This document shows positions 12,580-25,425 of a stretch of DNA of 64,000 nucleotides, one piece after another (position 1 is the first letter of the stretch; each line of letters begins with the position of its first letter). The stretch covers positions 1,240,001-1,304,000 of the forward strand of contig OZ218951.1 of the NCBI GenBank assembly GCA_965112735.1, written 5' to 3'. Origin of the DNA: Phaeosaccion multiseriatum. Its lineage: Eukaryota > Protista > Ochrophyta, other classes. The translations under genes were made by a program, and so were the position numbers. The notes under the pieces were generated by a model. That model saw only the letters and a list, made by a program, of their open reading frames with translations, did not search any database and had not been told where the DNA came from.

Positions 12580-13938
12580 TCAGTTTGTCTTCTTGACGTC
12601 AGCAGGAGTCGCCTCTGCCCCGTTGCTTCCGCCCACCTTCCCTGCCTTCCCTCCCTTCCCCCTCTTCCCCAACAGCAGGCCCATGACAGCCCACACGAGG
12701 GAGACCCCCACGGTCGATTTGAGCAGATTCCAGGTGATGTCGGTCCACTCTTCACAATCCAAATCAGTGTAGTCGATGTCGTCGCCATTTGCCCACCTGT
12801 GGAGTTTCAGTTGTGCTCCACGTCAGTGATGTTAAGATACCAATCAAGGGAAGCAATCCATATCGATGCCATTGCCGAATGCTTCCATGGATAGCTCAAG
12901 CTGCACAATGTCGGTCAAGGGGTCCGTATATCGACATCGACTCCTCCTTCCCTGTGTGTTTCCCGGACAATCCAACTCAAACTCAAACTCAAACTCACCT
13001 TGTGTACATCTTCTCTTGGATGGTCCACCCCCGCTTGGAGCGAAGGGAATTGAAGGTATCGAGCAATGGCCAAGGCCTCTCGCGTAGGGTGTCGATATCA
13101 GAAAGAGAGTGGCCCCACTGACAAGGCAGGAAAGGAAGGAAGGAAGGAAGGAGGGAAGGAAGGAAGGAAGGAAGGAAGAAAGGAAAGGGGGAAGGGAGGG
13201 AGGGTGTGAGTGGGAGAGAAATGAGTGAGAGAGACAGGGAGAAAAGACATGGTTGGGGGGGAAAGAGCGAGAGGGTGTGAGAGAGAGAGAATGCCAGTGA
13301 GAGCCAGTGAGAGCCAAAATGAGCCAGTGTGTATGCCGGTCAAAGAAGGACCACTGGTACCACTGGTTGCGAGTCCCACATCCACCACAACCATTATTTT
13401 TCTTCCTTCCTCCTTCTTGTTCTTGTCACTAACCTGGTCCCATCTCAGCGCAAAGGTGGCCAAGCTAGGCAAGCGCAGTCTGTTGCCATCCGGCTCTCCT
13501 GCGAAGGAAATGTAGAACATGACACGCTCAGGCGCGTCCTCATCCTCGTGGCCACCCCCTCTGTGGATTGTGTTACAGTTCATGAGGGCAGCCGTGCCTG
13601 GGGGGGTAGTCGCACTCACACCACGCTCGTCGCATACGTCATCACTATAGGGTGGGTGGGTGGGGGTGAGGGCGTTGATGCAACCGTCCGACGCACCACA
13701 CACACAGACACACACACACACACATACACGAGCGCAGACGAGTCGTGTGAGCTTTGGTGTTCCACAGAGTGAGAGAAGCAAGTAGTGAAATGGTAAACCG
13801 AGGGATCGCGTGTAGTGTAGTGTGTCGTATGTGACCACCGTTAGGTTGTGTGGGGGCAGATCACAAACACGACGGCACGCGAGGCTACGTGACAAGACAG
13901 ACAGACAGGCAGACAGACAGGCAGACAGACAGACAGGC

Positions 13939-13969
<31 letters not shown>

Positions 13970-14052
13970 TAGACAGACAGACAGACAGACAGGCAGACAG
14001 ACTGGCAGACAGACAGACAGACAGACGGATAGACAAACAGACAGACAGACAT

Positions 14053-14083
<31 letters not shown>

Positions 14084-14757
14084 TACAGACAGACAGACAG
14101 ACAGACATACATACACACATACAGACAGACAGGACTGATGTAGAGGCATATGGGCACGCAGCGGCGGAGGTGACTCACTTGTCATCGACGTTATCCATGC
14201 ACCTGTGAGTGCCTGGGCACACGTCCGTGGGCCCCATGCCCTTTGTTGTCTCCTGAAGGAAGGAAGGAAGGGAGGAAGGAAGGAAAGACGGGAGGAAGGA
14301 AGGAAGGAAGAAAGAAAGAAAGGAATGAAGGAAGGAAGGAAGGAAGGAAGGAAGGAATGAAGGAAGGAACGAAGGAACGAAGGAAGGAAGGCACGAGAGG
14401 CGAGAGAGGGCAGAGCGGCCGAGGGCGGCGGAGGGCGGCGACAGCAGCATCAGCAGCAGCATCAGCAATAACGTATGATTGCCTGCATTTCTCTGTCTAC
14501 CTGTCTGTCCGTCTGTCTGATCACTCTGATCGTACCTGCAGGGGGATGAATACGGAGTACAATGGCACCACGGTGCTGGGGTCGTCGCCAGGCTCGCAGT
14601 CAGGGTGCCAGTTCTGCTGCACAGCCCCGGGCTTGGCGGTGATGGATGCCACCTTGAGTCAGGACGAGGAGGGCCATGTGGCCACAGGGGTGGCAATGGA
14701 TGGGGAGAGGGAGAGCGTATTTCAAGCGTCAGGGTCTCACCACCATCATCATCGTCG

Positions 14758-14827
<70 letters not shown>

Positions 14828-16037
14828 CGTCCTCGCCCTCCTCTTCCTCCTCCTCTTCCTCCTCCTCCTCCTCCTCCTCCTCCTCATCCCCATCATCTCC
14901 TCATCCTTGCCGGTGAAACGCATCCCTCGGGCGGGCCCCTGCCTGCAAGCGCTAACGAAGCAAGAAAAGGCATACACTTTCTCTGCTCTGCTCTGCTCGC
15001 TCAGCTCAGCTTGTAAGCTCAGCTTTGCGACCTCAAATTCTTGGCTGGAGATGGCTCTTACTTCAACAAGGGCGGCGTTCTCCCCGATCAGTCTCTCCAT
15101 GGTGGGTCGAAGGAGCTTGTGCTGGCACACTTCAATCAAAGCCTTAGTCAAGATTGGGTCGTCGTGCACCCCCAATCTGAGGTGATGCCTGAAGGTGATG
15201 GAAGGGGAGGGAGGGGGGGAGCGAGAGAGGGAGATTAGAGGCTTCCGGGGAGGGAGGGAGGGGGAGAGGGAAAAGCGTAAGAGGCTTACGTGGAGGGAGA
15301 GAGCCAGACTAGAGCTAAATGCGAGGGAGGATGAAGGAGAGAAGGAGGGAGGGAGGGCGAGAGGGAGGGACGGAGGGAGGGAGAGGGAGAGGGGAGGGAG
15401 CGAGGAAGGGAGGGAGGCAGGCCGGAAGGGAGGGAGGCAGGCCGGCAGGCAGGGAGGGAGGGCGGGAGGGCGGGAGGGATGGCAGGAGAACACACACTGC
15501 GAGAAGATGCGCTGCGCTGGATCTACTTCGGCAGAGGACTTGACCCTCTAATCGTTTTGGAGCACTCACATCCCCAGTTCCTCTTCTCCTCTCAGGCCTC
15601 TTGGAGGATTGCTGCACACACCCACACACACATCCACACACACACCTGTTCTTCCCTTTCAACACAAAGAACTCCGTCAGCTTTGCCTCGTTCTGCGCGA
15701 CCAGATATGCCCGGAGCTCCGCCGCTGTCTCCTCACTCAACGCACCCTCGAAAAAGCCAACCCCATGATGGTCCACGAGCTCAATGGCTCCCTCCACCTC
15801 GGCCGATGACGGGCTCTCTGTAGGCCGGGGTATAGTCAGCTCAGTGATGCTGGAGGTGGTGATGTTGCGCCAATCGCAGTCTGGCTCCAAGTCGTATCCC
15901 TCTGGCGTGGGGCGCCCGTAGTTGTCGGCTGGAGCAACAAGAATGTAGATCGTGAAGAGCGCACCGAAGCAGAAGATGTAGGACAGCACGAGCAGCGTTT
16001 TCACGGCCACCGAGACGGCTCTCATGATGCGAGGCAT
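12580..16037 (-). CDS. Phytanoyl-CoA dioxygenase (PhyH)-family Fe(II)/2-oxoglutarate dioxygenase, ~418 aa, with N- and C-terminal hydrophobic helices and a C-terminal KKxx
   Basis: Exons 16037-15646, 15188-15062, 14652-14536, 14252-14179, 13644-13434, 13117-12999, 12796-12580 (1,257 nt, phases close). Motifs: QQNWHPD (HxD), FIPLQ...MGPTDVCPGTH, TIHRGGGH...ERVMFYISF. Confidence 0.85.
13895..14130 (+). repeat. Intronic (CAGA)n tetranucleotide array
   Basis: About 235 bp of CAGA with a few interruptions. Confidence 0.95.
14257..14391 (+). repeat. Intronic (GAAG)n array, forming the pyrimidine tract on the minus strand
   Basis: Abuts the acceptor at 14253. Confidence 0.9.
14744..14885 (+). repeat. 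Intronic (CAT)n array followed by (CCT)n
   Basis: Read directly from the sequence. Confidence 0.9.
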
Positions 16038-16457
16038 TATGCGTCCCCTGGACGAACGGACTCGCGTTCTTGCAAGTGTGGCGGCGTGTCGAGGAAATCA
16101 GGATAGTTGACCTATCCCCGCGCTAATTCGCTGTTGCTCGTCAAGCTGAAATTTTTTCCACATCATTTGTAAATTGAACTGGAAGGCCATTTTCGGGAAA
16201 TTTGAAATTTATCAGAATTTTACGGAATGCTAAGGCACGTGGGCGCGTGCGTGGTGCCGCCCAGCCAGTGGGTAGCAGCACGCCTTCAGGCCCGCACTCC
16301 TCGGAGGGGCAGGGAGGCGGAAAAAAACAAACAAAAAAACTTCAGCCAGCACTGATCACGTGGGGCACGTCAGTGACGGGACGTCTTCCTCCTTGCTCTT
16401 AATTGTCCGATTCACTCCCAGCTCACACACTCTCTCCTCCTCATTCTCTCGATTCTC

Positions 16458-17877
16458 CTACTCACTCCCTTCGCCTTCATCCTCTTCCGCCGTCTCGTCG
16501 CTTTCATCATCATCCTCAATCTCCCTCCCAGTTCCCTTTATGGGAACTAGTCCCTCCCTCACCTCAAGCCCTTTGGGAAGGCGTGCAGGCAGTGGGTATT
16601 CCTCCCCAACCTTGAGCTGCAACAGGCCAGCAGGCAATCTGCCCAGAGGTTTGTCGTAATCTCGGCCCAGCTTGAGAGACCAGAGAGAGGAAGGGAGCTT
16701 CAGAGGGTCGGGAAAAAAGCTTCCCCACGACCACCTCCTCGATGCCACAAGGAAGCACCACCTGCTTCGTTCGCGGTCAAAAGTGAGCCTTTTCAGCGCT
16801 TCCGGGAGGACAATGGGGGTGTTGAGCCTCGAGAAAAAGGGTAAACCTTAGCTCCTCCAGTGAGCTGGGCTGAATCACCTCACAATTGAAGGCACAGCCA
16901 AATTTGATCTTCTTCAGCGAACTTGGCAGAGTCACGTTCATGTCCTGATAGAAGGCCGTGCCGATTCTGATCTTCTTGAGCGACGCAGGGGGCTCCAGAG
17001 GCCTGTTGAAACGCTCCCCGAGCTCCAGCTCCGCAAGCGAGCTCGGCAAAGTCAACTCCCCGTTGAATGTAGATCGCACGTCGAATTTGAGCTTTCTTCA
17101 GCGACGCAGGGAGGGCCAGATGTCCACAAAAATGCTCCCCCAGCGCCAGCTCCTCGAGTGAGCTCGGTAGAGTAAAACTTGATTGAATCTAGACTCAACG
17201 TGGAAGTGGATCTTCTTCAGAGAGGCAGGAAACTTCAGAGGTTTGTTGAAAAAAAACCCGAGCTCCTCCTCCTCCACACCACAAGGGAGGACCAGCTGCT
17301 GATTGAAGCCAACGCCAAAAATGATCGTCTTCAGCGAGGTAGGGAGTACAATCCGTTGGTTGAAATTCCTTCCGAACACCGCCTCCTCCACTGTGTCGGG
17401 TAGAGCCACGTTGGACTCATGGAAAGAGTGGAAGAACGAAACACGCTTGACCGATTTGGGCAACAGCGCCAAGACTTTCGCGGAGAGCACCTTACCACCG
17501 GTGCCCAGCCACAAAACGGTGACGCAATAAGTGCCCCTCTTGGAAATCTGTCCAGCCATTGTCCGAAGTCTCTTTGCATCGCTCTGCCCCCGACTGCTGC
17601 CCGCCTTCATGAGCCTTTCCCCAGGACCTTGTCTCTAAAATTGAGAAGTTTCCGCCCTCTCCTTTCAGCGCACTCAGCATGCCCAGCATACGCTGCCTCA
17701 CATCGCTAGGCATGTCTCTTCGAACACCATTGTGCGGGGCGTCACCTCATCAATCTCCTTGCACAGGCCATCGGCCCCACAGGGGCCCTGTCGGAAGTGA
17801 GGCGGGCCGCGGTCTTCAAAGCCGCGGCCTTTAAGGCCCTCAAAGCCGCGGCAGCGTTCCATATTGATGCGCTCCAT
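16458..17877 (-). pseudogene. Intronless FNIP-repeat (LRR-like) protein pseudogene, copy 1
   Basis: Repeats such as FGRNFNQRIVLPTSLKTIIF, FNKPLKFPASLKKIHF and LGERFNRPLEPPASLKKI are split over several frames (ORFs 17098-17610, 16777-17079, 16564-16761, 16458-16748). Confidence 0.85.
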
Positions 17878-17999
17878 GTCCTCTCTTCCTCTCCTTTTTC
17901 GGAAATCTCCGTGTGGTGGGGGGGGGGGGTTAGTTTTCAGTTTTCATTTCCTTTGCATCTTTCATTTCCTCTTATTTGCTTCACGGTGTGCTCAGGGCT

Positions 18000-20900
18000 A
18001 TGAGCGGGGAGCCTGAGGTCAAGCGGAGTAAGACGGCTGGGGCCGGTGGCTCCAAGCCGGTGATCAGCTTCCTCGACTACGGAGCCGGGAATGTTCGCAG
18101 CGTCCGGAACGCCTTGACCTCGTTGGGCTACACCATCAGCGACGTGACCAAGCCAGAGGACCTCGACGGCGCTCAGGTGAGAGGAAAGGACGGATTGTGA
18201 CGATATTGGCCTTCTCCCTCAGCCAGTCCCTCTCGCGCATTCCAGCGTCGACGGAGACCTTCGCTCACTTGCATGTCTCTGTTGCTCTCCTTGCTCCTCC
18301 CTTCTCCTTCCCTCCCCTCCCACCAGGTTGTGGTCTTTCCCGGCGTCGGTAGTTTTGGGAGTGCCATCAACACGCTCGACGCGCAGGGATTCACCGAGCC
18401 TTTGAGGCGGTACCTGCAGGCTGACAGGCCCTTCTTCGGCATCTGCCTGGGGATGCAGACCCTGTTTGAGGGCAGCGAGGAGTCAGTGGGACACAAGGGT
18501 CTGGGTATCATTCCAGGCACCGTCAAAGCCTTTGACAACAAGCAGGTGAGGAATTTTACATGTGGGGAGTGCCTACCATGGAGGGCGAGGCTTTTCCTTC
18601 CGATGGTTGCATATATCTCACTCCTCTCCCCACCCTCTCTTGGACCTACAACTCGAAGATCGACTCGGGTCACAGTCTTGTTACCTTCTTTTGATGTCCA
18701 ATTGCTTCGCCCCACTCTTGCTCACTCTAATCCACTCGGTGCTCCTCTATCCTGCTCTTTTCCGCTCAACTCTACCCCAATCTCCTCCCCACTCCTCTCT
18801 GCTCTTCTTTGCTGCTCTGGCCTCAGGTGACCTCCCCGCACATCGGTTGGAACGGAGTGCTGCAGCAGAAGCCGTCTACGGTGGGCGCGTGTCTGGAGGC
18901 GGATGACATGATGTACTATGTTCACAGCTACCGCGCTCTGCCCTCAGAGCAGAACAAGGACTGGGTCCTGTCCACGTGAGTTTGTGGCTCTACACGACTG
19001 CACGTGTGGAGGGTGTCGAATGCCTACTTGTGTATGCACATGTGCGCGTGTGCGGGCGTGCGTGCGTCTTTGTGTGTGTAGGTCCGCTTCCTCGCGCCCT
19101 TTTCTCTCTCTGGACTCCCTTTCTTGTTGGTGTGTGCGGCCCTCCCGAAACGTATCAGCTGCCCCCGCTTCCGTTCCAGCCCTTCGTTGCCCGCCTTTTC
19201 CCTCTAGTCTTTCTCCCCCACCGCCCCAGCCATCCGACTCCTCCTCACCCTTGCCCACTCACCACCCCCGCCCCCCACCCCCCCCCCTTCTCTCTGTCTC
19301 TCCATCAGATGCACCTACGGTGAGCCTGAGAACCCCGACTTTATCGCGGCCATCCAAAAAGGCAATGTCGTGGCCTGCCAATTCCACCCGGAGAAGAGCG
19401 GTCAGGTCGGTCTGAAACTGCTCAAGGTGTTTCTGGAGGGCCTGAGTGGAGACGGTGAGGCAGCAGCAACACCACCACCAGCACCACCAGCAGCAGCATC
19501 AGGAACAGGCAAGCGAAGAACGAGACTGGGCAAGCGTATTGTGGCGTGCCTTGACGTGCGTACAAACGACGACGGAGACCTTGTCGTGACCAAGGGCGAT
19601 CAATACGACGTCCGAGAAAGGGGGGGGGGGGGAGATGGCAATGGCGTCGTCGTCGCCAACGGGGGCACAGCAGTTGGTGATGCGGAGAAGGGGCAGGTGC
19701 GCAACCTGGGCAAGCCTGTGGAGCTGTCTGCGCGGTACTATGATGAAGGCGCGGACGAGATTTGCTTCCTCAATATCACCTCCTTTCGGGAGGGAGTGCT
19801 CGAGGACGCACCCATGCTCAAGGTGAGGGCGGTGGGAATGGGAATTTGGCAGTGAATGGGGATGGTGAGGCCAAAAGACGCGTATGTGCACGTGTGGGTG
19901 TGGGGATGATGGGGATGGAAGGCCTACTAACCAACTATGGCCGTGCGTGTGTGTGTGTGCCTTTTATTGCAGAGTCACGAACCTCTCTCACATACTCACG
20001 TACTCCCCTCCCCGTCTGCTGATTTGGTCGGTCGGCGGTGGCGTTGACAACCCAAACCCACACCCACATATTGTGTGTGGTGCCTGCCTGCCCACCAACC
20101 TACGCCCCCTTGCCCTGTTTATTGGTTCACCCAACCTGCACTGTAGGTGCTGGAGCGTGCATCAGAACGTGTGTTCGTGCCCCTCACCGTGGGCGGAGGC
20201 ATTCGCGGCTACACCGCCGCCGATGGACAAACCTACACGGCCCTTGAGGTAGCGGCGAGGTACTTTAGAGCCGGTGCGGACAAAATCTCGCTAGGCAGCG
20301 ATGCAGTCTACGCGGCTGAGACGCTGGGAGCAGGGCTGGGTGGTGGAGACAAGGACCCGGATGGCAGCAGCAGCATTGAGCAAATCAGTCATCGCTACGG
20401 CAGGCAAGCAGTGGTGGTGAGCGTTGATCCAAGGAGGGTCTATGTCAAGGCGCCTGAGGATGCCTCGACGCACAATGTGCTCCACATTCCCGATTACCCT
20501 GGGCCGAATGGGGAGCAGTATGCGTGGTACCAAGCCACTGTCAAGGGGGGGAGGGAGGGGAGGGATTTGGATGCAGTGGAGTTGGCGAGGAGATGCGAGC
20601 GGCTCGGGGCTGGGGAGCTGCTGTTGAACTGTGTCGATATGGACGGGCAGAAGAAGGTGAGGAGAGAGGAGAGGGAAGGAGGGCTATAGAGAGAGAGGCA
20701 GGGGAGGAGAGGAGGGAGGGAGGGAGGGAGGGAGGGAGGGAGGGAGGGAGGGAGGGAGGGAGAGAAAGGAGGAGGGAGGTGGAGAGAGAGGGGCATGTTG
20801 GAGCGCTAGTATATAGACCGACCCTCCCATCCTCCACACGAAAGTACAGTCTCTTTGAAACTACCTCTGCTCATGCTGTCAATCTGACCGCACGCCGCTC

Positions 20901-21883
20901 CCCCCCCCTTCCCTCCCCTTCATTCTCCTTCACTGCTGTGTGTGTGGGAGACGCAGGGCTTCGACTTGGTGCTAGTGAAGGCCATCATGTCTGCGGTCAC
21001 CATCCCGGTCGTCGCCAGCAGGTGAGTGACGGGCGTGTCATCGATATTTTGGATCGAGGAAGCGATTTATTATGGTCTAATCAACTGAAGTGAACTGAAC
21101 TCTTATCCCCTGGTATTTTGATAGCAGCCTCTGCTACGCTCTCTCTCTCTCTCTCCCCACGTTGTCAATGCTCTCTCCACTGCCCCACATCACCGATGAG
21201 GCCCTTGTGTTCCTCCTTCGCCGGCATCTTTGTTGACTTTCCGCCGCTTTGTGTATGCGTGTGTAATGTGTGTCGTGTGCGTAGTCTGATTACCGCTTCC
21301 AATATTTTACTGACACTGAAATTGAAGTATTGAAGTATTGAAGTATTTGCAACTATCCCTTCCGTTCTCCCCTCTACAGCGGCGCCGGAGCCCCCGAGCA
21401 CTTTTCGCAAGTGTTCGACGTCACCGACGTGCAGGCGGCACTCGCTGCAGGTGTGTCTACACACATGCACACACACACATACACACACGCACGCACACAC
21501 ACACACACACACACATACACACACGCACACACACGCACACATACAAACACACCGTTGAGGGGGGGTGCGGTGGGGGGGGGGCTGGTTCGAGCTGTACCTT
21601 GTATATAGCCTCTCTGCGTCTTTTTGTTCTTTGCTGACATACACGCCTCGGCCTCCCTCCAAACTTGCCCCCAATAGAGTGTGTCTGTGTCGCCACCTTA
21701 CGCCTCACCACCAGCCCCCTCCATACTCGTCTTTCTGTCTGCACCACACGTCCTTGTTCTTCTTGCTCTGCTTGTTATCATTCTCCCCCTGCGCCAGGCA
21801 TCTTCCACCGAAAGGAGGTGGCGATCAGCGAGGTCAAGTCGCACCTGAGGGAGAAGGGCATCCTGGTCCGCTCGGCAGCCTAG
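18000..21883 (+). CDS. HIS7: Bifunctional imidazole glycerol phosphate synthase (HisH glutaminase + HisF cyclase), ~596 aa
   Basis: Exons 18000-18176, 18327-18545, 18827-18975, 19309-19822, 20147-20656, 20957-21021, 21380-21450, 21798-21883 (1,791 nt). Motifs: [62 protein letters not shown]. Confidence 0.97.
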
Positions 21884-22597
21884 TACAGCTTTGCACTGTC
21901 CCGCAAAGTCCAGCACAGCGCGCCAGCAGGGTATCCCAGCACTACATGTTGTAATAGGCAGTAGGCAAGTCCTTTCAAAGTCGAAGCGGTGTGTAGCTGA
22001 CGAAGTTAGGGCTCAGGGGACCAAGTGGCAGCTTCACGTCTCGTTGGGGAGGGCGCCGGCTTATTGCATGTGCATTCGGAGTAATTATTGGCAGCGCCTC
22101 TCATTAATTTAAGACGAAAGTGTGTGGGGGGGGGGTGGAGGGAGGGGGGGGGTAACACGTTTGATTTGATTCCTGTAAGTCAATAAAAATCCCCGGGGGC
22201 CCACTCCGTTTATCAACTCGGGGGACGCTGAACACCTCAGCAGAGTCAGCAGAGAGGGAGGAGAGAAGCAGCACCGCGCGAGGTATGTTACGTGCTGGAC
22301 ATGTACAGCTTTTGCTGGATCCCCTTTCTCCCCTCTCTCCCGCTGCCCTTGGGCCTCCAACTCCTTTCGCGCCTCCTCTTGGCACGAACGTACTGGGCCT
22401 CTTTCCCCGCCCTCGTTCTTCTGTTATATTCTCACTGAACGCTGCTGTCCTAAACTCCGTCCCGCACTACTCAACCTTGTTCCAATGCAGGATCCTTCGA
22501 GATAGTCTGCTGGCTGGAGGCTGACTCACTGGAAAAAACGGCACCACGACAAGACTCCAGAGAGGAAGACGGCACAGTTACCGCGATCCATGGAGAA

Positions 22598-23155
22598 ATG
22601 ATTTCCTCGAGTTGCAGGAGAGGTATTGTCGGAGCTAGGAGAGCCCGTCTGCGGCGGGCTACTACTGGAGGAGGAGGAGGAGAGTTTTTGGAAGTGGAAG
22701 AAAGCTTCCTTGGCACGGCCGGGAGGAGAAGGAGAAAGAGCTGCAGCAGCGCTTGCCTGGGACGGGAGCCCATTCACAGCACATTGAATTGCGGTAGCCG
22801 CAACGAAAAGGTGCTGAATGGGGGAAGCGTGGAAGCAGCCGTCGTAGCGGTGGTGGGGGGAGGACAGGGGAGAGGTAGTAGCGCCACACTCACTAGAAGA
22901 CGACGGCTGGCACAGCAAGGGCCGCTGGCGATGGGGATTTCAATGCGGCTCCCGCCATATCCTCTGGACGGTAGTAAAAGTAGTCGAAGAGTTAGCAGTT
23001 CAAGTGCGCGTAGTAGTATCAGTGGTGGTAGTAGCGGTAGAAGCGTGAGCAGGACAAGCACCAGCGAGCAACAGCACGCCTACTCGAGCTCGACAAAGAA
23101 CTTGTCATCTATTGCTGTTGTGGAGGGAGTGTATCGCAGTGGCGGTAGAAGTAGT

Positions 23156-23187
<32 letters not shown>

Positions 23188-25425
23188 CACCTGTAGCAGA
23201 CGTGCAGCGCCCAGTTTCCGGAGTTTCCGGAGCTTAATGACAGTGGCGGCTTTGGCGTCGGCGGCCTGCTGCATAGCGGTGCCCTCAGCGGCCACCTGTG
23301 GTGACGGTAGCGGCGGCAGCGCGGGCTCCGTTTCCTCCCAGACACATCAGCAGCAGACGCCCGCCTCCATAGCAGCTTCAAAGGCGGCCCAAGCCGCCAC
23401 GGCCGCCACTGCAGCAGCCGCCGCAGTCTCGGCGAGTGCAGCATCGACTGCATGGGGGCTTCGGCAAAAGCTGCTTGCCGCAGGCGCGATGGCGTCGTCA
23501 TCCTCGTACGGTGGTGGTGGTGGTGGTGGTAGCAGCTTGAGCAATAGGATTAACGGCAGTGTGAGCATCAATAGCAGGATGAATAGCGACTGCTTGGAGG
23601 CCGGCGCGGACAGCACCTTCAGCTCCAACATCCCCATTTCAGCAACGTCCTTCATGGGGCGGACGGAAACGACAATGCGCCAGAGCAGCGGAGATGACAT
23701 CAGCAGTGGGGGTAGCAGCGGCAGCGGCAGCAGCAGCAGCACCAGCAGTGCTGGAGGGGGGAGCGGAAGGGCGGCCGCCACCACCGCCTCGGGGGGCAAG
23801 CACCACTCTTCCCCCGTCACGCCGCTGTTTACCAGTGCACAGGCCACAAAGGGGCATCGCTCTTACATGGAGGACGAGTTCTTTGTGGCTTTGGACGGAC
23901 GCTTCGCTGCTGTCTTTGACGGGCACGGGGGCGCGGGAGTTTCCAAGTATCTCCGTCAGAACCTGTACGCCCAGCTTCAGAGTCGCCTGCAGGCGAACAA
24001 GAGGGGTGGCAATAGTAGTACTACAAGTGAAGGGGCGGCTGAAGACAGCAGCAACAGCAGCGACGGCGGCGATAATAGCGAAAGCGAGCTGCCGCAGCAA
24101 AGCAAGGCGCAGCTGATCGAGGCCATGCGGGCGGCTTTCGCACAGGTGGATGAAGAGGTCTCGCAGGTGGGGCATTGGAGGTTCCAGGGGTCCACTGCGG
24201 TGGCCGTGGCGCTGCATCACGACCCGGAAACGGGCGAGTCGTCTCTCGTCACGGGGAACGTCGGTGACTCCCGTGCGGTGCTGAGCCGTAGGGGGAGGGC
24301 GATTGAGCTCACGCAGGACCACAAGCCCAACTCCGAATCCGAGCTGAAGCGCATCGAGGATCTGAACGGGACGGTGAGCTGGTTCGGCTTCTTGGATCCC
24401 GACACTGGGGCGCCGATTGAGGGCACGGGAGTGTATCGCATCAACGGAAACCTTGCAGGTAGGCGGGGTGCGAGGAGGCTCCCATCTACTGCCGTCATCC
24501 CCCATCCACTGCCATCACACTGACGAAGAAGAATCAAATGCTTGTACCCTGACAACCGTCGTCCTTCTTCTTGCCCCTTTTCACCGTTCTCCTCCTCCTC
24601 CTCCTCCTCCTCCTCCTCCTCCTCCTCCTCCTCCTCCACCTCCACCTCCTCCTCCTCCTCCTCCTCCTCCTCCTCCTCCTCCTCCTCCTTCTATGCTCCG
24701 ATCCATCTCTTGCACAGTCGCGAGGGCCATTGGCGACAGCAGCGAGCGGCCCTTCGTCTCTGGCGAGTGCGAAATCCGCTCCATCCCCAGTGACAGCGAA
24801 GGCGATCAATTCGTCATTGTCGCCAGCGATGGACTCTGGGACGTCATGTCCAGCGACGCTGCCGTGCAGTATGTACAAGCCGTCATGCAAGGTGCGGTGG
24901 GGGCGCTTCGAGAAGGCAACTCCTGCACGGGCAGGGGGGGCGAGGGAAGCGATCGACTGAGGCCTGTCAACATGAAGCTCAGTGACTGGACACAGCGCTA
25001 CGCCGACGATCGGGGCATGATTCGCGCCGCTATGATGTCTCGAAAGAGGAAGATGGCTCGCTACCTCACGTGAGTTAACGGCCATACGTGGAGGAAGGGG
25101 GGGAGTGATTGAGTGCAGTGATGAAAACATTTGGGAGTGAAGTGGAGTGAGTGAGTGGAGTGATGGAATGGAGGTGGGAGTGAAGTGGAGTGAGTGAGTG
25201 GAGTGGAGGTGAAGGAGGAGGGGGGCCTGGACTGGCTTGGATTTTTTTCTTTTGTATGTGGTACAACAATTATCTCTCTCATCTTCTTTCTTCCTCCCCC
25301 CTCCTCTCTGCATCTCTATTATTTTTGTCTGCTTTTGCTTCCTTTACTCTCTCTCTCTCAGGGAGGAGGCCATCAGGCGTGGAACGATGGACAATGTCAC
25401 TGTTGTCATAGTGTGGCTCTCTTGA
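22598..25425 (+). CDS. PP2C/PPM-family protein phosphatase with a long Ser-rich N-terminal extension; start uncertain (22598, 22931 or 23237)
   Basis: Exons 22598-24458, 24718-25069, 25362-25425. Motifs: GHRSYMED, VFDGHGG, GSTAV, NVGDSRAVL, LTQDHKP, LAVARAIGD, ASDGLWDV, GTMDNVTV. Confidence 0.93.

Noticed and set aside
13098-14208. CLSV/QTDR-repeat ORFs
   Set aside because: Translation of the (CAGA)n intron; only 13644-13434 and the short flanking exon ends are coding.
15497-15546. Possible extra PhyH exon (VKSSAEVDPAQRIFS)
   Set aside because: Needs a weak GAG acceptor; direct splicing from 15646 to 15188 already gives a coherent protein.
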